Shown piece by piece: positions 9,137 through 16,461 of a DNA stretch of 64,000 nucleotides (positions within the stretch are counted from its first letter, which is position 1; each line of letters opens with the position of its first letter). The notes under the pieces are model-generated. The model saw nothing but the letters and a program-made list of their open reading frames with translations. It made no database searches and was not told where the DNA came from. Origin of the DNA: a virus; IMG/VR virus record IMGVR_UViG_3300047650_000023; one strand, 5' to 3'. The position numbers and the translations under genes are program-made.

Positions 9137-9862
9137 ATGAATAAAGAAGTAGAAACTATAATTTTAGATCCGAATAATGTAATTGAGAATTTTAATGAAG
9201 GTGTTCCGTATATAAAATTATATGATAATATAGCTAAAAATCTAAGAAAAATTTTAACACAGACTGAATTTGTAACTGCTTATAGTTTAGTAGATTATAT
9301 AGATGAATTTAATGTAATTAAGTTTGATGAAAAATTTTTATCCATGCAAAATTTATCTGAATATTTAAATGATACATATTCATCTATGAGAAGAATTATT
9401 CCAAGTTTAATAAATAAAAATGTTATTTGTAATTATTACATTGAAATCTATGATAACAAATATACAAAAGCATTTATATTAAATCCTTCTATAGCAACAA
9501 AAGAAAATTATAATTCTAAATATAAAGAGTTATTTGAAAATCCTAAATTAGTTGAAATAAATCATGCTATGTATTCAAATAATTCAGATAGAAGTACACC
9601 AGAATATCGTCAATGGATACAAGACTCATTAGACCGTGATAATTATACTTGTCAATGTTGCTGTTCTACAGAAAATTTAGAAGTACACCACATTTTGAAT
9701 TATGCACAATACAAAGATTTGAGGACTAATTTAGATAATTCAATTACATTATGTCAATGTTGTCATAGTCCTATGATTAAAGGTTCATTTCATAATATAT
9801 ATGGAACTAAAAATAATACAAAAGAGCAGTTGGATGAATACTTAGGACAAGCCAAAAAGTAG
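9137..9862 (+). CDS. RepL-like N-terminal domain fused to an HNH endonuclease
   Basis: N-terminus parallels 8451 ORF (YIKLYD...LT..E...SL..K.V...NPSI); C-terminus 'RDNYTCQCC...LEVHHI...NLDNSITLCQCCH'. Confidence 0.8.
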   Translation: MNKEVETIILDPNNVIENFNEGVPYIKLYDNIAKNLRKILTQTEFVTAYSLVDYIDEFNVIKFDEKFLSMQNLSEYLNDTYSSMRRIIPSLINKNVICNYYIEIYDNKYTKAFILNPSIATKENYNSKYKELFENPKLVEINHAMYSNNSDRSTPEYRQWIQDSLDRDNYTCQCCCSTENLEVHHILNYAQYKDLRTNLDNSITLCQCCHSPMIKGSFHNIYGTKNNTKEQLDEYLGQAKK

Positions 9863-9935
9863 CCATATAGTCCCATTTGGGACAAATACAATAAATTAAA
9901 TAATAAAAATAAACTAAGAAAAGAAAGGGATTTTA

Positions 9936-10871
9936 ATGTTAAATTTAAAAAGTAAATATCGTAAAATAGTTTCTTTGGTGTTAGCAATGGTTTTGGTGGG
10001 GAGTGTATTAATTATACCACAAAGTTTAACTGCTAGTGCAGCAACTAAAAATGGTTTGGACGTTTTTCATGGTACAACTCAATATAACCTAGTGGATTGG
10101 TCGCTGTTAGCTAAACAAGAACAATTTATTTACATAAAAAGTACGGAAGCAACGAATTTTAAAGATCCCACATATGTTTCAAATTACACAAATGCTAAGA
10201 AAGTCGGTTTAAGTTTTGGGGCGTATCATTTTTTAAGATTATATTCTGTTTCAAGTTGTATAGCGCAAGCTGATTTCTTTTGGTCACAAATTAAAGGCAC
10301 AGGTTTCTCGCTAGTTCCAGTTTTGGATTGTGAATCGTACGATTCTCAAACTACATCTGTAGGTGTAAGAGCATGTATAGCTTCATTTTTAAATGAGTTC
10401 TATAAAGATTCTGGTATACATTGTTTAATTTATGCTTGTCCAGATTATATAACAAACAATGACCTAAATTCTTATTTTTATTCGGATATGCTGTGGGAGG
10501 CTCAATACAATATTACACCTGATAAGATAAAAAATTGGAATTGGGTTTTGTGGCAATTTAGTTCTACTAGTCATTTATCATCTATTGGTGATGGTTTAGT
10601 AAATCTTGATTTTGATACAACATCATCTAATAGATTTTATTTAAAATATAATATTTATACTACTACAGTAAAACCTAAAAATAATGCTGTTACAAAATCA
10701 AAAGTACAAGTTTATGATGCAAACGGAAATATAGTAACTGGTTATACAATTCCAGCCAATACTTGGATTTATATTAAACGCTACACTTCAACATTCTGGG
10801 AAGTTATATATCCAAGTGGAACACATTGGACTAATGGATATATTTCAACAGCAACAAATCTCAAGAGATAG
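9936..10871 (+). CDS. GH25 muramidase (endolysin) with Sec-type signal peptide and C-terminal cell-wall-binding-like domain
   Basis: 'NGLDVF', 'FIYIKSTEA', 'GAYHF', 'VLDCE', 'LWEAQY', 'WQFSS' GH25 motifs; basic N-region, hydrophobic core, ASA-A cleavage motif. Confidence 0.88.
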   Translation: MLNLKSKYRKIVSLVLAMVLVGSVLIIPQSLTASAATKNGLDVFHGTTQYNLVDWSLLAKQEQFIYIKSTEATNFKDPTYVSNYTNAKKVGLSFGAYHFLRLYSVSSCIAQADFFWSQIKGTGFSLVPVLDCESYDSQTTSVGVRACIASFLNEFYKDSGIHCLIYACPDYITNNDLNSYFYSDMLWEAQYNITPDKIKNWNWVLWQFSSTSHLSSIGDGLVNLDFDTTSSNRFYLKYNIYTTTVKPKNNAVTKSKVQVYDANGNIVTGYTIPANTWIYIKRYTSTFWEVIYPSGTHWTNGYISTATNLKR

Positions 10872-10896
10872 AGAAATAAATTAAAGGAATGATTAA

Positions 10897-11088
10897 ATGC
10901 AAGAACAGGAAGTAGATTTATTTCCTTGTTATAGTAAACCATTAAAAGATTATTTAAATAAACAAGGTTTTATCTATAAGATTACAGGGTTGTCTATTGA
11001 AACACATAAACAATTTTGGGTATTTATTAGAACAGAACAATTCAATAACGCATTAACAAAATGGGGAGTAACTAATCCGAAAGGTTAG
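10897..11088 (+). CDS. Small phage protein (DUF5659-like)
   Basis: 'FPCYSKPLKDYL...G..Y...G...THKQFWVF.RTE...AL.KW' pattern. Confidence 0.6.
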   Translation: MQEQEVDLFPCYSKPLKDYLNKQGFIYKITGLSIETHKQFWVFIRTEQFNNALTKWGVTNPKG

Positions 11089-11141
11089 TTACTCTTTTAC
11101 TTTGTATTTTAAAATTTTAATTAGAAGGAAGTTGATATATA

Positions 11142-11927
11142 ATGGCAAATAAATGTTTTTATGTCTATAAGTTTTTAGATGATAATAATAATATTATCTA
11201 TATTGGAAAAGCGAAAAATTTAAACCATAGAATAATAAATCATTTTGGAAAGTTTGGGCATTTACCTAAAGAATGTTATAAAAATATTTCTAAAATAGAA
11301 TATTGTATTTTTAATACTAATACTGATATGTCTATATTTGAAATTTATATGATAAATAAATATCGCCCAATTTATAATATACACTCTAAATATAATGAGA
11401 ATATTAATAATTGTATATTTCAATTATAAGAACCTATTTGGAATAAATATATAAAAGAAGATAAAAGAAAAGTTAATAAACATAAAATTATTAATAAACG
11501 AAACATAAAAGTAATTTGTCTTACAACAGGTTTAATCTTTAATTCTTTATCAGATGCTAATAAATATTATAATATAAAAAGTCATAACGCAGTAAATAGT
11601 GTTTGTCAAGGGAATTCTAAGTCTGCTGGTAAAAATCAAATTACAGGTGAAAGATTGTATTGGGCTTATTATAATGATTATTTATCTGGGAATTATAGTA
11701 TATACAATAAATGTTTTAAAATTATATGTTTAAATAATAAAATGATTTTCAATAATTTAGAAGATGCTAAAAATTATTTTAATTTAGATAATGTCACTAG
11801 AATTTCGGAATGTTGTCATAATAAAAGTAGATACGGAGGTAGAGATCCAAAAACAAATGAAAAGTTACAATGGATGTTTTATAATGATTATTTAAAATTA
11901 AACAATCAAAATAATAAAATAGCATGA
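11142..11927 (+). pseudogene. GIY-YIG endonuclease with NUMOD1-like repeats, interrupted by one in-frame TAA (11427-11429)
   Basis: 'YVYKF...IIYIGKA..L..RI..H'; same frame stays open after the TAA to 11927 and encodes two 'ICL...F....A...C....G....L.W..Y.DY' repeats. Confidence 0.8.
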
Positions 11928-11933
11928 GAAAAT

Positions 11934-11979
11934 AAAATAGAAGGACTTTATATTAATTTATAAAGTTCTTCTATTTTTT
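11934..11979. terminator. Intrinsic terminator, probably bidirectional
   Basis: aaaatagaaggactttata / tataaagttcttctatttt, 19-bp stem with one G-U, A- and T-tracts at the ends. Confidence 0.8.
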
Positions 11980-12243
11980 ACGATTTTATTTTCATTTCAA
12001 TATATCTACTAGAGCCATCACAATGCCCTACAATTGTTTAAATATAAATACTAATAACTATAGCAAAAATGTATTTATACTAGCCTAGTCGTAAAATTAA
12101 ACGTATAGGAGTATATTTATATATACAAATCAGTAATTAATATTATTTAAACAAACAATCTTCTATTTTTTATATCTTATATATTCAGTAAAAATTGATA
12201 ATAATATCAACATCAAAATAAAATTTATAAAGAAGGTGATGCC

Positions 12244-12405
12244 ATGAACACAAATAGAATACCCAATAGATTAATCGGTGAGAAATCTCCTTATCTTTTA
12301 CAACATGCTTATAATCCTGTTAAATGGTTTCCTTGGGGAGATGAAGCTTTTAATAAAGCAAAGCAAGAAGATAAACCGATTTTCTTATCTATTGGGTATA
12401 GCTAG
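12244..12405 (+). pseudogene. yyaL: 5' fragment of a yyaL/DUF255 thioredoxin-domain gene (53 aa), not in the ORF track
   Basis: RBS AGAAGGTGAT; [53 protein letters not shown]; TCHWCH codons resume at 12423-12440 after 20 extra nt. Confidence 0.9.
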
Positions 12406-12408
12406 TTT

Positions 12409-12456
12409 GGTTACTATAATGTACCTGCCACTGGTGCCATATCGGCTAAAGTAACC
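12409..12456. mobile_element. Predicted attP of the serine integrase
   Basis: 48-bp imperfect inverted repeat (ggttact...agtaacc) centred on TG at 12432-12433, inside acctgccactggtgccat (TCHWCH codons); overlaps integrase stop. Confidence 0.8.
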
Positions 12457-13972
12457 TTTTATAGACAATTTCTAATATGGTTTCGGTTTCGTTACATATC
12501 CAAATAATTTTATTAACTATAGATTTATATAATTGATTCCTTTTTTGGGGTGTATCTGCTAAAGATATATCATTAACAAACTTTTTTAAATTGTTAATAT
12601 CTTCTTCGTAATTATAATTTGACGTAGCTTTTAATTGAATATTTAGATCATTGATTTCTTTCCTAATCAACTTAATTTTTTTGTTCCATTTTTCTTTTCT
12701 TAATCTCCATTCTTCTTTATTATAATCTCCTATTTCATACATTTCATTAACTTTATCAAGAGCTTTTAAATATTTATCGAGTTCATTTGTCTTACTTAAT
12801 ATATTATCTTGAATAATTTTAATATCTTCTGTATTATCAAAATTATTTTGCAAAGAATAAATGCTTAAATATTGTTTAACTTTATTTATCACTAATTCTT
12901 CTAATGTTTTTTCCATAATTCCTTTGTTAATGCACTTATTTCCGTATGGATCTTTAAACCAACATGGTTTCATTAATACATTACCATTTGGTTTAGTAAG
13001 AAAACTATGGGTATGACCACATCTTCCACACTTTATTAAGCCACTAAAAGCAAATACTGATTGTTTTGTTCTTGATGGCATTTTATTATTATCTAATATT
13101 AATTTAAGAATTTTATCATGTTCAGATTGCGTTTTTACTGGATCATGGCAATTTTCAATAATAATCCATTGGTCTTTTGAATTTTTATGAAGTTGTTTAG
13201 CGTTAGGTTTTTTTGTTTTATGACCATCTCCAATAGATTTATTACTTATTATTTTTCCTAAATGAGTTTCGTCTACCAATAATCTGGAAACAGTCAAGTT
13301 ATTCCATTTCATATGTCTTGGAGATAAAATATTTTGATTATTAAGAATGTTAGATATTTGAGTTGTTGAATTTCCAGATATATATAATTCTATGATTTGT
13401 CTATAAACTTTAAGTTTTTCATCATTAATAACAAGTCCTTTTTCATTATATTTATCTTTGTATTTTTCATATTCATATGGATATGGTGGTGTTCCATTAG
13501 TCCAATTACCTCGTCTTGATCCAACCATTTTACCTTGTTTAAATCTTTTAGAAATCATTTTATATTCTTGTCGCGCAAATAACCCCTTAAAATCAGCATA
13601 TGTATCATCTAAATCATTATTTAGATCATATACTTTTTCAGGGGTTATTATTAAAGTATTAGATTTTTGAAATGCTTTTTTAATTCTATCTTGTTCTCCT
13701 AAGTCACCACGTCCCAAACGATCATAATCAACGCTACATACAGCATCATATACCCCTGCTTCAACATCTTTTAATAATTGTGTCATTTTTGGACGCATAT
13801 CAATACTATCTGAAGTTCCCACTTCTGCGTATTCTACATATTTAAAATTATTTTTAGTACATAAATCTGTTAAAATAGTTCTATGTTTCATTAAATCATC
13901 TTCATTATCTGCACGAGATTTTCTAATATATAAAGCTACAAATTTAACGTTATATTCCATATTATTTAACAT
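12446..13972 (-). CDS. Large serine recombinase (phage integrase); real start probably the ATG at 13960
   Basis: 'ALYIRKSR' catalytic motif, 'DYDRLGRG', recombinase domain 'GNWTNGTPPYPY', Zn ribbon 'CGRCG', C-terminal coiled coil. Confidence 0.95.
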   Translation of the reverse strand: MLNNMEYNVKFVALYIRKSRADNEDDLMKHRTILTDLCTKNNFKYVEYAEVGTSDSIDMRPKMTQLLKDVEAGVYDAVCSVDYDRLGRGDLGEQDRIKKAFQKSNTLIITPEKVYDLNNDLDDTYADFKGLFARQEYKMISKRFKQGKMVGSRRGNWTNGTPPYPYEYEKYKDKYNEKGLVINDEKLKVYRQIIELYISGNSTTQISNILNNQNILSPRHMKWNNLTVSRLLVDETHLGKIISNKSIGDGHKTKKPNAKQLHKNSKDQWIIIENCHDPVKTQSEHDKILKLILDNNKMPSRTKQSVFAFSGLIKCGRCGHTHSFLTKPNGNVLMKPCWFKDPYGNKCINKGIMEKTLEELVINKVKQYLSIYSLQNNFDNTEDIKIIQDNILSKTNELDKYLKALDKVNEMYEIGDYNKEEWRLRKEKWNKKIKLIRKEINDLNIQLKATSNYNYEEDINNLKKFVNDISLADTPQKRNQLYKSIVNKIIWICNETETILEIVYKRLL

Positions 13973-13993
13973 CCTTATTATTAGTATGGTTCT

Positions 13994-14022
13994 ATTATAT
14001 TATATTGTGTCATGTTCGTCAA
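13994..14022 (-). promoter_or_regulatory. SigA-type integrase promoter
   Basis: TTGACG-17 nt-TATAAT on the - strand. Confidence 0.75.
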
Positions 14023-14164
14023 TATAATTTTGAAGCATTTTCTGTTTTATTAATTTTGCGTATTCTTTATTAAAAGCTTCAATGGCTTCTCTACTAGGCT
14101 CATTTGTTATTATTGTTATAGGATATGTTTTTTTACCTATGGTATATGTAGATTGTTCAATCAT
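14000..14164 (-). CDS. 54-aa ORF upstream of the integrase, candidate recombination directionality factor; not in ORF track
   Basis: RBS AGAAAGGA; MIEQSTYTIGKKTYPITIITNEPSREAIEAFNKEYAKLIKQKMLQNYIDEHDTI*. Confidence 0.6.
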   Translation of the reverse strand: MIEQSTYTIGKKTYPITIITNEPSREAIEAFNKEYAKLIKQKMLQNYIDEHDTI

Positions 14165-14390
14165 AAAAAATTCCTTTCTAATTCAATTATTCAAATCTAT
14201 TCATCCACAAACCTATATATTACAAAATATTTTTCATCTAATTTCAACCCATCTTTTATGTATAAACTCCACTAATTTCTGTCCATACTATTCTTGTCAG
14301 ATAAATCATCAATTCTTTTAGTTTCTAGTTTCCCATTTTCTTCTTTCAATTTCCTATAATACAAACCTGCGTTGGCGATTGTAGGAAGAT

Positions 14391-14439
14391 AAAATAACGG
14401 ATATGAGATGGCTTAATTGTCAATCATATCCGTTATTTT
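14391..14439. terminator. Terminator closing the nucleotide-metabolism operon
   Basis: Perfect 16-bp inverted repeat aaaataacggatatga / tcatatccgttatttt. Confidence 0.75.
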
Positions 14440-14497
14440 TTACAATTTAAACTCCAAATATACCATAAAATGTTAGTTCTATTAACTATTTGAAATA

Positions 14498-14857
14498 TTA
14501 ATTATTCTTAATACCAGAACTATTTTCTAGTATCCAATTTCCTCTTTTTTCTGCATTTTGAGATAAATAATCATCTTTTTCAATAACATCATTACACTTA
14601 AACAATTCAACTTCTGAATCATTTAGACTATTAAAAAACATTAATTTATTATTATCATATATAGTAATACCTAATGTTTCATAGTCTGAAAAGAATACAA
14701 TCTTATCCTTTGAATCTTTAACAATCAACTGATATTGTGCTACAATAATTCTTGCTTTACTCCTTGAAGTATCAGTATCGTCTATATTATTTTTGCTATT
14801 ATCAAACACCCACAAGTTTCGACTGAGTATATCTAATATTGATTTATTAATATTCAT
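14498..14857 (-). CDS. Hypothetical protein (start more likely MNINKS at 14857)
   Basis: ATG adjacent to the dut stop. Confidence 0.55.
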   Translation of the reverse strand: MNINKSILDILSRNLWVFDNSKNNIDDTDTSRSKARIIVAQYQLIVKDSKDKIVFFSDYETLGITIYDNNKLMFFNSLNDSEVELFKCNDVIEKDDYLSQNAEKRGNWILENSSGIKNN

Positions 14858-14858
14858 A

Positions 14859-15341
14859 TTATTTAGTCTCTTTTTTTGTTGTTGAACCAAAACCACCTGT
14901 ACGTTTAACGTCTGTATTACCACTATCTGCTACAAGGTAATTAATAAACATTCCTTGACCTATCTTGTCACCTGCATTAATTATGTATGGTGTATCTCCT
15001 AGATTTAAAAGTCTAAATCCTATATTTCCATCATTACTTTCATTTGAATAATAATCACTCTCGATCCAACCTTGAATATTAGCAATTATAACAGGTTGTT
15101 TACCCATAGAACTGCGTACATTAAGTAATAATGCTTCATTTGGGAAAAAGTATGATTTAACATCTGTCCAAATCATTTGATTTTTATTAGGCTGAATTAT
15201 AACATCAATAGGTGAAAAGAAATCATATGCTATTGAATGTTCTGTTGCTCTTTGTGGAATTGTAATCTCACCTACTGTTTTACGAAAATCATCTGATACT
15301 ACTTCAAAACCTCTTGCTTTATGAATAGGTCTTCCCATCAA
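14859..15341 (-). CDS. dut: Trimeric dUTPase
   Basis: 'PQRATEHSIAYDF', 'VRSSMG', 'GWIESDYY.N..NDGNI', 'RTGGFGST'. Confidence 0.95.
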   Translation of the reverse strand: MMGRPIHKARGFEVVSDDFRKTVGEITIPQRATEHSIAYDFFSPIDVIIQPNKNQMIWTDVKSYFFPNEALLLNVRSSMGKQPVIIANIQGWIESDYYSNESNDGNIGFRLLNLGDTPYIINAGDKIGQGMFINYLVADSGNTDVKRTGGFGSTTKKETK

Positions 15342-15985
15342 TTATTATCTCCTTTAAATTTTAGTTTATTATATATAGGTACTAACCAACTACCAAAACA
15401 GTTTCCTATTGTAACTACTACAATAAATTTGAGTGCTTTTAAAGAAATAAGTGATAATCCATTCATCATACCGAAATAAAACATATCTGCAATACAGTGT
15501 TCAAATTTACAAAGAATAAACACGGAAACACATAAAAATACTCCAATATATTTTCCTATATCAGATTTATTATTTTTAAAATTATCAACTGCTATATACA
15601 TTAACAGTCCACAAAAGAATGCCAAAATTAATGTAGAATATATCGGCTGTATTAATTTAGCATTACATAATGTCGTTGCTTTAAGTGCCAAATCAGGTCT
15701 AATATAATATAAACCTTGACAATATAAATCTGTTCCAAATAAATTTCCAAACCATATAATAACAAGACTAATCATATAATTAGGTTTATTATATAACAGA
15801 TATCCCACTTTACCTGTGAATAAATTAAATTGAAATACTAAAATTACGAATAATCCTATACCAAATAATAGTGATCCAATTACATGATTGTCGGTGGACA
15901 GATAAACTGTTCCACCAATACTAATCATAATACCTGCTATAATAGCTGAAATAAACGTTCTGAGATAGATTTTTAATTGTTCCAT
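15338..15985 (-). CDS. Formate/nitrite transporter (FNT) family channel
   Basis: 'AGIMISIGG', 'NLFTGK', 'IWFGNLFG', 'LAFFCGLLM', 'FEHCIADM', 'TIGN..G'. Confidence 0.9.
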   Translation of the reverse strand: MEQLKIYLRTFISAIIAGIMISIGGTVYLSTDNHVIGSLLFGIGLFVILVFQFNLFTGKVGYLLYNKPNYMISLVIIWFGNLFGTDLYCQGLYYIRPDLALKATTLCNAKLIQPIYSTLILAFFCGLLMYIAVDNFKNNKSDIGKYIGVFLCVSVFILCKFEHCIADMFYFGMMNGLSLISLKALKFIVVVTIGNCFGSWLVPIYNKLKFKGDNN

Positions 15986-16461
15986 AGAATTACCTCACTT
16001 TGTTTTAAACTCTCATTTACATTAATTATACGTTGATTAGATGAACCTTTGAATTTCAGTGATGTATCTTTTAACTTTTCAATAAATTCACCATCAACAA
16101 GAACATCAATATATTTAAGCATTTCATGATTTTTTATATCTTCAAATTTAAATCCTGTATATGCCCAAATTGTTTTAGTTGGTGATTTACTTTTAATTTG
16201 TTTAAGAAATTCAATCAATTCATCTTCTGAATATAATGGATCACCGCCACTAAGAGTAATTCCATCAATTAAAGAATCTGTGTTTATATAATTAATAATA
16301 TAATCCTGCATTTCTTTGTTAAATGGTTTTCCATAATTAAAATTAGATAATCTTTGGTTATGACAATTAAAACAGTTATGTTTACAACCACTAATAAAAA
16401 GAACTGTTCTTATACCAATACCATCATTTAAACTTTCATGAATTATTCCACCAATATTCAA
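15973..16461 (-). CDS. nrdG: Anaerobic ribonucleotide reductase activating enzyme
   Basis: 'NDGIGIRTVLFISGCKHNCFNC', 'GITLSGGDP', 'DVLVDGEF', 'FKGSSNQR'. Confidence 0.95.
   Translation of the reverse strand: MNIGGIIHESLNDGIGIRTVLFISGCKHNCFNCHNQRLSNFNYGKPFNKEMQDYIINYINTDSLIDGITLSGGDPLYSEDELIEFLKQIKSKSPTKTIWAYTGFKFEDIKNHEMLKYIDVLVDGEFIEKLKDTSLKFKGSSNQRIINVNESLKQSEVILWNN

Noticed and set aside
12046-12082. tataaatac / gtatttata inverted repeat in the att-proximal intergenic region as origin or ncRNA
   Set aside because: A 9-bp, nearly all-A/T repeat is expected by chance in this composition.
12244-12456. yyaL fragment as a prophage-host junction (attL/attR)
   Set aside because: Both flanks are phage (tail/lysis left, integrase/early genes right) and both inverted-repeat arms are present, which fits attP.
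13960-14164. N-terminally extended integrase fused to the upstream small ORF
   Set aside because: Same frame, but a TAA at 14002-14000 separates them and a promoter lies between.
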